NCBI RefSeq assembly: GCF_004010195.1
Contig: NC_057737.1
Span: 30,629,014 to 30,693,013, forward strand
Reading direction: 5' to 3'
DNA: 64,000 nt
From: Chiloscyllium plagiosum
Lineage: Eukaryota
Positions 41,301-54,762 of this stretch are shown here, piece by piece. The notes below the pieces were generated by a model. The model ran no database searches. It had not been told where the DNA came from and saw nothing but the letters and a program-made list of their open reading frames with translations. The position numbers and the translations under genes are program-made. Numbering within the stretch: position 1 is the stretch's first letter; every line of letters begins with the position of its first letter.

Positions 41301-41600
41301 CATTCTCTTCTCTATCTCCGGCTGGCTGTTGGGAGACCTGTAGTATACCCCCAGCATTGTGATTTCACTTTTCCCATTCCTGAGTTCTACCCATATTGCC
41401 TCGCTGCACAAGTTCTCTGAAGAATCCTCCTTGGTACAGCTGTAAGATACTCCTATACCAGTAACGCAACTCCCCAACCCTTTTACATCCTTTTCTATTA
41501 CACTTGAAACATCTAAATCTAAGTCCTGTCCCTCTTTCAGCCAAGTCTCCATAATCACAATAACGTCATAGAGCTCCGGTTACTATATGGAACTAAGTTC
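38375..41600 (-). mobile_element. Near full-length decayed CR1 ORF2 (APE endonuclease + RT), interrupted at about 38940-39392
   Basis: ETWL, GVYYRSP, GGFNFP and GSSDHN (endonuclease); YKDFSKAF and GVPQGSVLGP (RT); RPHLEYGIQFWSP; ORFs 38680-41558. Confidence 0.92.
38940..39392 (-). mobile_element. Young CR1 3' fragment nested in the older CR1
   Basis: Same family and tail (gagtcatagag...ggaaacagaccctt) as the 11978 and 30461 copies; splits the host CR1 near tggcctcact|aatctataatgctg. Confidence 0.88.
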
Positions 41601-42009
41601 ACCTACCCTGCCTATATAGCTGCCGGTGCTCTGCAACATTGGAAGGTGAGAGGAGGATAAGGGAACTCAACCTCACTCCACTTGAGGAGATGGAATGCTG
41701 TCAACAGATATCCAGAGGGAGGGCACTACCAGATTCTTCCCAGGAAGCCTCCCGACTTCCTGTGTTCCTAATGCTTCCAGTGGTTCAAGCTGATGAGGGG
41801 GAATCTGTCTCTGGATGGGATACTGTCATAAGGCTCAGATCATGTAGGCCAAAAGCCAGCAGCAGAGAGCTAGCCAAACCTTCAGAATCAACAGGCCCCC
41901 TCCAACTGAGCTGCAGAGGTTGGTCCTGCATCGAAGCACAGAGAAGAGAAAGGAAGTAAAATACATTGAGGGCTCTTGTAATCCATAGTCCCAAAATAGT
42001 GTTCTGGGC

Positions 42010-42330
42010 CATATGGGTTCAAGTATCACCATAGCAGATGCTGAAATTTGAATTCAATAAAACAAATCTGGAATTTAAATTTAATCTAATTGTGACCATG
42101 TCACCATTACCAATTGTCGTAAAAAAGCCGTCTGATTCACTGATGGTTTCTCTAAGGAAATCTGACATCCTGATCTGATCTGGCCAACATGGGACTCCAA
42201 ACCCACTGAAATGTAGTTGATTCTTAACTGTCCTCTGAAATGGCCTAGACAGTCAATCAACTCAAAGGCAATTCAAAATAAGCAACAAATGCAGGCCTTG
42301 CCAAATGCTCACATACCATGCAAGAAAAAC
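42010..42330 (+). mobile_element. Shark SINE (non-HE1 family)
   Basis: gggttcaa B-box-like head, gaaatttgaattcaataa, aaggaaatctg.catcct, A-rich tail; related pieces at about 14880-14980 and around the 23288 LTR. Confidence 0.65.
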
Positions 42331-42728
42331 AAAATAAAAACCACAGATAGTACATGTGTAAAATCTACACTTCTGCAAATATTCTTGTTTCCATTATTCT
42401 AATGTTCATTATAGTTTCACCCTCCCAGAAGGCTGGGGGTAGGTCAAATAATGTTAAAGTTCCTGAGCACCTTCAACTAGAGAAGGACGTGCTGAAGTTC
42501 AATTGCCAAACATTGCTTTGGCTCTCAGTATGAACAAAGTAGGTAACTGCAGATAGTCTCAGCTGTCCGAGAAGCCCACATCTATAAATTGAAGATGGCA
42601 GCTAAGGTGAATGGCATGAATAGTTTGATGCAGGGGAGGACACAGGGCCTGATAGTTGGAATTGTTCATCCTTCACATGCAATTCATGACAGAAATGGCA
42701 GAATCCATGATGCTTCCCACATATTTAT

Positions 42729-43069
42729 GGCACGGTGGCTCAGTGGTTAGCTGCCTCACAACATCTGGGATCCAGGTTTGATTCCAGCCTTGGGCAACTG
42801 TCTGTGTGGAGTTTGCACGTTCTCCCCATGTGGGTTGCCTTTGTGTGCTCCAGTTTCCTCCCACAATCCAAAGATGTGCAGGTTAGATGAATTGGTCATG
42901 CTAAATTGCCCATAGTGTTCAGGGATGTGTATGTTAGATGCATTAGTCAGGGGTAAATGTAGAGTAATTGAGTTGGGGAATGGGTTTGGGTGGGTTACTC
43001 TTCAGAGGGTCAGTGTGGACTTGTTGGGCCAAGTGGCCTGTTTCCACACTGCAGGGATTCTATGATTCT
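42729..43069 (+). mobile_element. HE1-type V-SINE
   Basis: ggcacggtggctcagtggttag head, V-domain, tail gattctatgattct. Confidence 0.9.
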
Positions 43070-44407
43070 GTATTTCAGGAGGGAAATGTCTGTCTAGGGT
43101 CTGGACTTCTCAAAGAAATGCTCTTATATTTAAGGCTGTGAGATGGCCAATAGGAACCCCTCGTATCAATATTTCCCTCATTGTGCATCCAACTGGTCCA
43201 AAGCAATGTTCTCCAATGTCGTACTATCACAGACCATTGAACTTGAAGCACTGTCATAAAGGAAGCTTAATGCATAGCAAGAGTACAGAGAAGACTTAAA
43301 ACACTCTCAATCTTTGAGTACTTGTGAAAGATGCAATATACAGTTCAGATCACAATGAGTCACTCTTGTTACGCTTCAGTATAATATTATTGTATGATTA
43401 AATACTGGGTACTGAGGCATATTCATGAGTGTAAATTACAGACATTATTTACAGGAATGGCCAGTAACGTTGAAACCAAAGGAATATCTGAGACTGGCTC
43501 AGAATTTACAAGGTATGATTAGGAGTTCTAATCATAAAATTTGTGGTATCCTTGGAGAATAATAGTTAATTTGGTCAGTGTAAATTCATAAAATTACTTG
43601 TCAACTTAATATGCTGTGCATGTTTATCTTATCAAAATGTAGGATCACAATTATTGTAGTTCTTAATCAGTACCTATCGTAATTGGCTGTGTGTTTCTAT
43701 GGCTCCCATTAATTAACTTCTCCCAAATGTGTGAAGTTGCTTCAGTTCAAAGAATGAATCTGTACAAAATGGGTGGCCTTACGGAGCAGTTTCTGAGCTG
43801 TGGAGATTAGCCTTTATAATTGGTTGAATGTGGAAATTACTAATTATCAAAATTCCATATATTTAATATGATAATTGCTGCTGGCCCAGATAACAGTATC
43901 TGAAAATTTTGTCAGTGTGTGCACAGGATATATTGTTCTCAGTTTATCCTCCAATGGCAAGACTATGAAAAAGAACACTCTCCAAAAATAAGTGAAAAGA
44001 GCCGAGTTTCTTGCTTCTGCAATAATAGCTGATCTTCTGCAGGACAAAGTTGAGCTTGACCCTTTCCACACCAACGTACTGCCTTCACCACATCACTACC
44101 TGCCTGTTTATTGCGATAAAAAGATTATTTTCAAGAATATGGTCACAATAATCTTCTGCCCAATATTTTCTGATCCACCTACTAGTGGGATAAATCTGAA
44201 AATTCAGGTTTAAAATCTCCAACCTTTATGTTCTCTCAATGTGAATGACAATTTGAAAAAAATCCAAAGCCAGATTGCCATGCTACTTTTCATGCAGGCA
44301 CCTCAAAATCAACACTTCTTACCGGAAAAAGTGTTGACGCATGAAAGCTGATTCCTATCACTTTCTCAAAGTTTGTTTCTGCAAAAAGAAAATCAAAATA
44401 AATATGA

Positions 44408-44511
44408 AACAAAAACAGAAATTGCTGGAAACGCTCAGCAGGTCTGGCAGCATCTGCGGTGAGAAATCAGATTTAATGTCTCGGGTCAAATGACCCTTCC
44501 TCAAAACTCAG
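44408..44511 (-). mobile_element. Penelope pLTR-derived short element (degenerate hammerhead)
   Basis: aaacagaaattgctgg...cagcaggtctggcagcatct...cgggtcaaatgacccttcctc; probable TSD aaaata(a/t)atatga. Confidence 0.7.
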
Positions 44512-45609
44512 AAAATATATATGATCAGACAAATGCTTTGCTATGCTTTTGATATTGTTCATCTTTTCTTTTGAGTCTTACTTTTATATTTCCAAGTTTC
44601 AGACCACTCTGGTGAAGATCCCTAGCCTTTTCTTCCATGATTGTGCATTCATCTGTCCTGCTAACAAAATGAAGTTAGTACTATATCGGGGGAGGGGGGC
44701 AGACAATGAACAAAAAACCCTTATCATGGGCAGGTTTTACCATGATAGGATGCCTAATCCATCGAGTATTAGGCTTGAATCAGGCTTCTGGAGAAACACA
44801 AAGCGTAACTTGATCTGGGTTCTCCCAGCACATTGTTGAATCAGTATTGGAAACTAAGTTATGACTCCATTATACAGCAGTGATGCGTTCTTAAATGTCA
44901 CAAAGGAAATTTGACAAGCCACAGAGATAGACAATTGTGTCAGGTATTGGGGGTTTGGGAGGGTTGGTGGTGGAGGATGCCAGATGGGTGAGGGTTTGGG
45001 TAGCAAGTAAATAGGTGCGGGAGGAGGGTGGCAATTAGTTGGGTAAGAAGAAAGAATAGGTCAGAAGTGTGGAAGGATAGGGTGGGGAGGTTTACAGGGT
45101 GTTGGATCATGAGATATATTAAGTCAAGGTGTGTTGATCAGGCGGACATCTGGTTGAGAAGGGTATTGGGTTGAAGGGTTATTGAGTAAGAGAGGAGTAT
45201 GCTAGATATGGTGCTGTTGCAGTGGGGGGATGTCAGGTTGTGCATTTGGGTCAGATTAGGATTGTGGGGGTCTGCAGGGGAAATGTCCAGTCAGTGGAGT
45301 TTGAGTTACAGCTGGCAGGTCAAGACTGTATTGAATAGTGGGGGTGTTAGATGGGAGGATCGAATCATAGGCTGTTGACTCAGTTCAGTTCAGGAGATAT
45401 TGGGTTAAGGTGGTCAGGAGTGAGGTCACGGGGGCTTAAGTGAGTTTGGGACAGTTGGACAATCAGGTAAGAAGGCAGGGAGTTACTGATAAGTCATGGA
45501 GGCTGTGGGTGGTGGTGAACCGTATTATAATTACCAGGAGATGAAGCATATTTTAACTTTTCTGAAGTTTCCTCGTAACTATTCAAGTAATTTGATTTTT
45601 TTAGAGCAA

Positions 45610-45898
45610 TTAGATTCCCTACAGTTCAGCCCAAACAGTCCACACTGACCCTCCGAAGAGTAACCCACCCAGACCCATTTCCCTCATGCATCTAGAACAA
45701 TGGGCAATTTAGCATGGCCAATTCACCTAACCTGCACATCTTTGGACTGTGGGAGGAAACCGGAGCACCCAAAGAAGACCCACGCAGAGCAGGGAGAATG
45801 TGCAAACTCCACACAGACAATCACCCGAGGCTGGAATCAAACCTGGGACCCTGGTACTGTGAGGCAGCAGTGCTAACCATTGAGTCACTGTGCCGCCC
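45610..45898 (-). mobile_element. HE1-type V-SINE
   Basis: V-domain and head present. Confidence 0.9.
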
Positions 45899-45900
45899 CT

Positions 45901-46473
45901 GTCACAGGGAGACAGCTTCAAAAGAGTCTCAGCTGAATATAGGAAGTGGAATCTGAACAGGGAATGTAAGTGAGCCTGAATACTCCAAAGACTCAATGTG
46001 TTGGGGATTTTATCAATGGCTCCAGATGTAATGTAATTACCAATTGGAAGTTTATTAGTTGATAAGAGCTGAGTAGCTGGTGCATCTGAACTTCTGGAAG
46101 TCTTGTAGTGGATCTTTCAAGGGACATTGCAGCAATTACATCTTCCATTTGGACCATCGTGAGCAGGGACAGAATTAATGGAGCCTTTTGTCCATATTTT
46201 AAGCTGAAATAATAGCCCAGTCATTTAAATTCTTTTACTGCCTTTGTAGATTCTCAGATTGAGGATCGATTTAAGAACATTCAGAGATTTCTGTCACTCA
46301 TGTCACTGGTCAACTGCATACTAAAATGAAGGGAAAGCATTAGTTGATGTGTGAGCCAGGAATTCTGGAAATCAGTGATTGTAAACCTGGCTTTCATGGA
46401 AGGTGTGCTAGACAAACACTCAAGTCACAGGGAGACAGCTTCAAAAGATTCTCAGCTGAATATAGGAAGTGGA
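45901..46473 (+). repeat. 50-bp near-identical direct repeat (45901-45950 and 46424-46473)
   Basis: gtcacagggagacagcttcaaaaga(g/t)tctcagctgaatataggaagtgga, one mismatch. Confidence 0.9.
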
Positions 46474-46594
46474 GTCCAGACAGGCAAGGTCTTGACCTTT
46501 TGTTCTTCCTGGTCAGAGTCATAAAAAGCAGGTATTCCAATTAACTTGGTTGTAGACCCACATTAACATAAAACCACAGCACCCTCAGTTGCAA

Positions 46595-48125
46595 AGACAT
46601 TTAGTTCTAAGGAAGTTAAGAAGGTGAATAATACCCAAAAAAATATTTTGTACATTTCCCACAATAGTTTGGTTGGTTACCAGGTCAACCTGTTTGTGAA
46701 ACAATGCTATGCAAACTATTAAAATCCTCGCTTTGACCTCTGCTTATGCTGAGTTAGTTGATTGACCCTCAGCAGCCTCCCCATACAGGCCCTCGGTAAG
46801 GTATGCAGCTGGAATTCTTTTAACATACTGGGAGCTGGAATTGCACAAACACATCAGGTTCTCACCTGCTTTAAATACATCCCTCACTCCTTTGCTAGGT
46901 TAAATGGAATGCAACATGAATAGGGTGAGATTCAAACTAGACCGAGAGTTTTCAGTAGGTACAGTCCACCTGGATTGACACAAAGCGAAGAGATCAAGGA
47001 ATATGAAGTGTAAGCTGTATTCTTATGTAATCAAATTTTTGTGACCTTAAATGCTGGGTTAAAAAGCAATGCGCAAAGCAAAATTGATCACACTCCAGTT
47101 GTGGTAAACACTTGAGGAGCTCTTTAGATAAATATGTTTTTTGAAGTGCAAAGGCTTTATCTTTAAAATTCTAACTATTAAAGTTATTTAATTGACTAAA
47201 AAACTGATTAATGTACGTGAATGAAAGTTGTGAATGGTTTAGTATGGATTTCAAATATTTATAATTAGGCTACTCACAGGTGATGGACTAGCAGAAAATG
47301 TATTTCTTTGATTAAACCCATTTTCAGCTTTGTTATTGAACTGCACCAGGTTATTGGTGATAAATGAATCAATGATTTTCTTTTAATTGTAAGTGAAAAG
47401 AATAATTACTTTCTAATTTGCTGCACAATGACAATGGTTCACGATGTTATGAATACACAAATATATTTCAGCAGAACTTGAACCATAACTTCATTTCTGA
47501 AGACCAATGAAATTTCAGCTGTAGTTGACATCGAGATTACTGATTGCATCCAAAGTAGAAACTCTGCACTCTTGTTTCCAAATCCTTCTTCTAGAGAAGT
47601 GAATGTGGGTATTGGTGAAAAAGAACATTTTTTGTGAAGCTTTTTATCTTGCACTCATCAAGACGATTTGCAAGAAAACTAATTCAAGGGAAAAATCAAT
47701 ATTTATACTGTACGAGAGAAGAATCTCATTGGTAGAGACATTACCATGAAGATTGCACCATTAATGCTGATTGACAGCTAATTGATGGGTTTTGCTTAAA
47801 TTTTAACCCAGGCAGATTTACTCTGATTGATCAGGACATTGCACTGAGAAACGAATAAGCATTTTGAACTGTCCAGTTGCCTGGTTTATGAGTAGGGTTA
47901 CATTTGACCTGCATTTCTCTCAACAGGAACAAGATGCAAAATGCTGTAAAGATGTTTAGTTCCAAAGATGATAAGAATGTGAATAATACCTAATAACTAC
48001 TTTGCAAATTTCCCACAGCATTTTAGTTGATTGACCAGTTAATCTGTTTGTAAAACAATGCTATGTAGATTGTTAAAGTCCTCACTCTGACCTCCATTTA
48101 TGCTGAATTAGTTGATTGACCTCAG
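46595..48125 (+). repeat. Diverged ~175-bp direct repeat pair (about 46595-46770 and 47950-48125)
   Basis: Shared ttagttc...gtgaataatacc...atttcccaca...ctgtttgt.aaacaatgctatg...ttatgctga.ttagttgattgacc. Confidence 0.75.
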
Positions 48126-48528
48126 TGGGTCAGGAATTAAACCATAAAAATCAGCCTTCATTACTTGAGAAAAATACTTTCATCCAACTAAGTCCATTAA
48201 GTTATCAAACTTATTTTTCATTGGATCTTTCCAAATTCCAGGCATCAAGTCAGATTTCAAATGAGATTTGACAGCATGTTTATTAAATTCTGTCTATCCA
48301 GCAGGGAACAAAACATATGAAACATTATGCCAGTCCATTGAATTAAAACAACCCATCATTTTTGGTCAGCTCTTTGATATCAGCTCTCAAATTCTTCCTT
48401 ATACATTAAATGTAAAGAAGAGGTGTTCAGACTTTTATTGAAAATACGCTTTATCGGCATGTGTAGGTAAACTGTTGCCCATTACTCACCAGACCTATGA
48501 ATAAATACACAGGCTGGATACTACATAA

Positions 48529-48742
48529 GTCAAGAGTGGGGTGCTGGAAAAACACAGCAGGTCAGGCAGCATCTGAGGAGTAGGAGAATCGACGCTTTGG
48601 GCAAAAGCCTGTCATTGGGAATTCCTGAAGGGTTTATGCCTGAAACGTCGATTTTCCTGCTCCTCGAATGCTGCCTGACCTGCTGTACTTTTCCAGCACC
48701 ACATTCTCGACTCTGATCTCCAGCATGGGCCTTATTTTCTCC
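48529..48742. mobile_element. Penelope-derived palindromic element with degenerate hammerhead cores
   Basis: Inverted arms gtgctggaaaa...cagcaggtcaggcagcat / atgctgcctgacctgctg...ttttccagcac; centre ggaattcctgaaggg...gcctgaaacgtc. Confidence 0.8.
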
Positions 48743-51629
48743 TAGTTGATATTACATGATCCTGGCAGTGTAATTTCACCAAGTGGGAACATATTATAGG
48801 CCTGGTGGCTAGCTAACTACTTCTCGTAATAGATGGTTTGCAGGCATCAACATCAGCAATCTGCCTGCTATGATAAAACACAATCGTTGAGGGGCTGATT
48901 GTATAAAATCCTTTCTTAAAAAAAAGTGTTCAATGACAGGAAGGAAGTGGAGCATTATTTTCAGGACTCTGTGCATAAGTAGCAAGTCCCTGATGATAGT
49001 GCCTTCCCATCTACAGACTGTGGAACACTCCCCTCCCTGAGCTTTCAGAACCTTCCTCATACAAATACTCTGGACTTAGCTCATTCCAGGCTCCAACCTG
49101 CCTTGTTTCACAGCCTACCTGCAGTACCAGTAGTCCCCACTATTGAGCTGATGGGTACAGCAAGCTCTGCCAGCCAAATCAGATCAACTGGCAGAGCCTG
49201 AGGGTTGGAGTTCCCACCCAGTGAGGAATGAGGGTCTCACAAATATGTGATGTCGTTCACTCACAACGTTTTATGGCTATGAACTGGGCTCCCTTCTGCT
49301 CCATCTCCTTGCTACTGATTTTCCTTCTAAGGGCGGGCGCACAGACTTGTATTCCATTGCTCCCATTGTCTTAGCCTCCCATGGAACTGTCCAAATGGGC
49401 ATTGAAAGATAGACTACTGTTTGTGCAACATACGAACATCTTCTACTGGTGTTTGGGCTCAAAGCTGGAAATGAACAATTAGAAATGTTACAATTTCTTT
49501 TGAACTCCATTTCTTACAACGATCTGTCCTTCCTGCTGGTCTTTTTTTGACTTAAGCAACTGAAATGGGACAGGATATGTATAGACATCCCAGATGCTAC
49601 TTCTTAATATGTTGAAGAAAGCAGTCATCAATCAAATAATCAAACTGAGGCAATAGCAATTTTGTTCAAAAGTACTTCAAAGGCTGCAAACTATTTTGGG
49701 AATATCTGAGTCGTGATGGGTGGTATATAAATGCATTTTTAAACATTTTTCATGGTGTGCAAATTACACCACAGGGACACCTCGGACCAGGGGTGAACAG
49801 GTCACATGTTGTATCTCACAAGCTCAGCATCTGCAGTCAAGAGTTGGCAGATACTTGAATTTTTGTGAAGACCGAAACAATATTTGTTTCCCACTCCATT
49901 ATGTAGCGTATCCCTTTCAACCCAGACCAGTATCCAGGTCTTCTGCCAGCTCTATTAGGCTGAATCTTACTCTAATCCGCGCCTGATCTGACAAAATGTT
50001 CTGCCCCATCTTCAGCTTTGGTGGGTCGTTTTTGATCTGGCAACCAGCAGTTCTCAGCAGGTGCTTTGCTGTGGGCACGATATCCAGGCCAGTGCTTCAT
50101 TTGTCTTTGAGTTTCACCTACAAAAATTCACACCGCATACTTTTTCTAAAAATAACCTATTTCAGACTCATTCATCTGGTCCTGACTTCCAAAGAGTTGA
50201 GCTGAGGCCATGTGGAAAATTGGTGAGATCAGCAGTAGCAGATCTTCAGGCAGCAATACACTGGTTACACCAATGACCTACTTGTGATCTGCTATTGTTT
50301 CCTTTATGGGCTAATCAGTTAGCTGCTTTGGGAGGGGATGGAGGCAGTCATTATGGAAAGGGTGGATAATAGACCATTCCTTCTATGGAGTAAAGCTCTT
50401 GCTGCACAACTGATCTGCAAGACATAAAAAACAACTTGGATGTGTTACAATGTTTGCTGATAGTTTGTCTTTGCTAAACTCTGGGCCTTTAGTTTGGAAA
50501 AAAAAACTAAGTCAGTACTTTTGAACTGTTTGTGTATTTTATGGTTTGTTAATCTCCTCCTCAGGAAAGCCTCAGGGTGTTCTTTTAAAGTTTGCATGCC
50601 TATGTGGTTCAGATTCAAATGTTGTTCCATCTGATTCTCACAGCTAGAAATAAACTGAAGATGTTTCTGGCATGTTAGCATGGGGCTACAGCCAGTGACG
50701 TCTGTATAACAGATTTTGTATGGTACATGAACCACAACAAGTGTCAGTGGACTACAAGTGCTTGATGTGCATGTACAATGTTGTCATCGAGACAGATGAA
50801 GGTATATTTTCAGTTGACATAGCAATGGTACATAAAATAGGAGAGAAGCAGTTTAACCCATATTATTCCTTGCGGTAGAGGATTGTAGGGAGGGGAGTTG
50901 AAGCAATACAAGGTCACTTGCAAAACTATTCATCAATGTACATATATTGGGGAGAGAAGCACATGGATAAAACTCCAAACAGGTCTGAAAAATATGCCCC
51001 ATGTCAACTGTGGAAATATTCCCATCCTGCTGATTATGAATAATATAGTTGGTGTTTCAATTATTAAAATGTCAGCATTTACTGCTGAACATGTTCTAAA
51101 TACATATAAATAAATTATAACTGGCATGCTGTTAATGTCAAATAATACATTTTGTTAGTTTGTATTATTCATGCTCCAATTATCTAAGCTAATTTGGAAT
51201 CTAAACCATCAGGCAAATTTTAGCATTTGCTTAACTCTTGTCATCTTGTGATAGATACAGTCTGTTCCTTGGTCGAGTTATGTTGCTCATCAGTTCATTT
51301 GTAGTGATTTTGAAATAACAGAACCTGTAAAACAGGAGGGGGTCTCTAAGAAGTAAATGAATTGAATAGGTAAGAGACCTGTTTTGGTTGCCATTTTGGT
51401 GAAATGCCAGTGTTCACATAGGCTAGCATTTAAATCAATGGGGAAAATTGCAAGTTGTGCATCTATACACGCTTGTCATATTCCCCTTGAACATTGCAAT
51501 TCACTCAATGCATAACTGGCTTTTCTACTCTATACAGCATAACTAGTGTGTGCGTGGCTATAAATGTGGTGGTTATTCTTTCAAAAATATGGCCATTTGA
51601 CTCACGGAATTATATTTTAGAAAAAGAAG

Positions 51630-52065
51630 TCAAAGAATTGTATCTATATCACACATTTCACAACCTCAGCACATTCAAAGCATTTCACAGTCAGTGAAAT
51701 ACATTTTCACAAACAAAAACAGAAATTGCTGGACAAACCCAGTAGGACTGGCAACATCTGTGGAGGGAAATCAGAGTTAACGTTTCAGGTCCAGTGACCC
51801 TTCCTCAGAAGTACTTTTTCAAATATAGTCACATGAAATTCAGCGACCAATCTGCACACAAGAGGGCACCTCAAATTGCAATGTGAAAAATGACCAAATA
51901 ATCCACTTTCACTGATGTTGGTTGACAGGGTAATATTGGCCAGGCCATGGAGGAGAACTCCTCTTCTTTCCTTCACATGCTCACTGGATCTTTCATTTTA
52001 AAGCCAACACCACTAAATAATACATCGCCTCTGTACTGCATTGGAAGTTCAGCCTACAGCTTGTG
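51630..52065 (-). mobile_element. DeuSINE-like (SacSINE1/AmnSINE1-related) relic, interrupted by the Penelope-derived element at 51711-51810
   Basis: atgaccaaataatc...tgatgttggttga.aggg.aatattggccagg...ggagaactcc...tgtactgcattggaag. Confidence 0.6.
51711..51810 (-). mobile_element. Penelope pLTR-derived short element with hammerhead core
   Basis: Minus strand CTGAGGA-A-GGGT-cactgg-ACCT-GAAAC-GTTA; probable TSD gaa(a/g)tac(a/t)ttttca. Confidence 0.75.
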
Positions 52066-54614
52066 TTGAAGAAAAGCAAAAATGTACAGTAAATTAAACA
52101 TTGAACTTTTTGTTTGGGGGGGAGGTTTAAAGATCCCTATGCATTATTTGAGGGAGACTAATATGTTCTCCTGATGTTATATAAATGTTGTTCCCTCAAC
52201 CAGCATCAGAAAAAGTCAGGTTAACTTCTCGTTCATTCATTTACTACTTGTGACATGTTTCTGATGGGAGAATTAGCTTTCCAAACAATAGTATCAAAAT
52301 ATACTTTCAAAAGTGATCCTTCAGTGATAAAACCTTCTGGAACATTCTGTAGATTTGACGTACTGCTTTGTAAATGAAAGTTAATACTATTTTACAATTA
52401 GTTTCCTGCCAACCCTCATACCCTCATTACAATAGAAACAGTAGCCACTGAATGCTGCTGGAAGTGACATATTGAATTCAGCAGCAGGAAGATCCTTAAA
52501 GGCAACAGCTTCAGAAAAGGGATTGATACAGTTAAGACCAGAGGGTGGGCGCTGGGGAGAATGTCAGATCATGCTGGAAGTAGGCCAGGATTTTGGATGT
52601 GGACATGTTCAAAGGACTTGTATAAATTTATTTTTAATGTAATGCCTGTCAGAATCTGTGAATTGACCGCATTCTTCATGTGAACTGAAAAATGCCAAAT
52701 CTTGTGTCAGAGTTGCTGCTGAAATGCCTTGCTTAAAGGTATGTGGAATGATTTGAGCAACATCAACATTAGTAGGCAGATATGTTTGGGTGGTGCTGGT
52801 ACAGGGGGCATCACAATGTTACCATCCAACAGGTGAAGGGACTGGATCAAGAAGGATGGGCAGGATGGATGCTGGTAGTGGAACAGGAGATTGGCATCAA
52901 TTTGACAGCAGTATCAAATCTTCTAATTCAGGTGACACATGCCAGCCACATGATTGAGGATCAGCTTGAGGTAAATACCTATTCTGTGATATGGAAGCAC
53001 TTATGGCTTAAGGCAGCCTCACATGAATACGTTCAGCAGCAATGAAGAGAACATTTTCATGATTCAAGCTGTCTACATAAGCTAAATTCAAAAATGGGAA
53101 GAGAGGGATTATGGGGACCCAGAACTATCCCAAATTTTCAACCACTAACAGATTTCTGCTGAACAAGAATTCTTTTTTGTTGGAAAAGTGAAGAGAAATG
53201 ATCCATTTTGAAAATGGCAGCTCAGAATGTGTGTTAGTGAAAGGAGTGGGATCTTCATTGTGTTGATGAGAACAATCATCTGTCGTTGGGGAGAAGAGTT
53301 CTGTCCTGGTCTGCCCATTTGACTCTGCACACCAACTGTTTCAAGTGCTTTTTGGGTGCGGGGCAGAAGAAAGCCAGCATTTGGAATAAAAATTCAAACG
53401 AATTGTGAGATTAAACAACAGAGAGCTTAATATTTTTTAAAAGCTCTGTACGTTTTGTAGGCTAGATTGAGGGTCATAAAGAGTTTTGCTGTGATGGGAA
53501 GGAATGAGGTAACGTTTGAACTAGATCAATGAGATTTCAAACTGTAATTTTCTGACTTCCTGCTCCGCGGGAAGGAGCTCCCTCAATGGGGAGTGCCTCT
53601 CAGAATCCCGGGTGTGTGTTGTTTGTGAACTTTAAAGCAAGCCATTCATTCCTGGGCAGAAATGGTGTCTGTTAAGAATGGGGTAAGCAGGTCAATGTTA
53701 ATGGTAGATTTAGCTAACAATGACTGCCTGAAGCATTCTGTTTGATCGGGGATTGTCATATTTCACCAGGGAGCTTCATGCTTGCAAAAAGAGAGAGTTA
53801 ACTGAAGAGAGACAGACAGACTGCTCCAGAAAAGATGGAAATAATGATATGAAAGTAGCAAGTACAAATAGAGTGGTCACAATCTCTCAATACCATGCAA
53901 GAAAAAGAGACAATGACTGATAATATTTAGAAAAAAAGGTTGGGTAGATCAAGAAAGATGGATTGATAATTTTCAATGCATAAACATTAGAGTAAACAAT
54001 GAATATTATTCAAGTAAATAACATAAATCACAAGCCCCTGCAATTCCTTAATTAATTCAGCATGGGTATTATTTATCATAGATTTCACATTGCCTGTTGG
54101 TCAAATCAGTCATTGGAAATAGATGCAGTAGCATTGGAAACCAGGTCAGCTTGTAGAAAAACAAAACTGCATATTGAATCATCAAACTGATTTATTAGCT
54201 TATGAAAGATCTGTATGTGGCAGTGAATGAACAACCAGTTGTGTCAAAGTAAAATGAACACAAACTTTAACTTACAAAGGCAATGATTTAAGATTTTCCA
54301 TATTTGACACCATCTCTTGCACAATTGGACAAATATTAATTGGCCTCACGCCTGTTTCTGAGTCAAAGGATTTTGGTTCAATTCTTGCCATAAGAGCCTG
54401 TGTACACATTCTGCCTTGACACTTCAATGCAAAACTAAGGGAATGTTGCACTGTTGGAAGTACATTTAATCTACCATAACAAATCAGTTTGAACTTGGCT
54501 TTCAGAGCTGCCTGGCTCTCAAATTGAAATAAACACACTAATTTTCCAGTCCAATCACATTTAAATCATAACTCCAAGTAAATCTCAGGATTAAATCACT
54601 GGAGAGAAGTTATG

Positions 54615-54741
54615 ATTTGGAGATGCCGGTGTCAGACTGGGGTGTACAAAGTTAAAAATCACACAACATCTAGGTATAGTCCAACAGGTTTATTTGGAAG
54701 CACTAGCTTTCGGAGCGCTGCTTCTTCATCGGGTGGTTGTG
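54615..54741 (-). mobile_element. Third Penelope-derived short repeat family with degenerate hammerhead
   Basis: Minus strand cCGATGA-agaagc-agc-gctcc-GAAAG-CTA. Confidence 0.6.
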
Positions 54742-54762
54742 AAAAGTTGTGTGTCAGTTGTA

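Noticed and set aside
44930-45530. G-rich tract as a functional G-quadruplex or promoter
   Set aside because: Degenerate low-complexity sequence, probably the interior of a decayed repeat; no CpG island.
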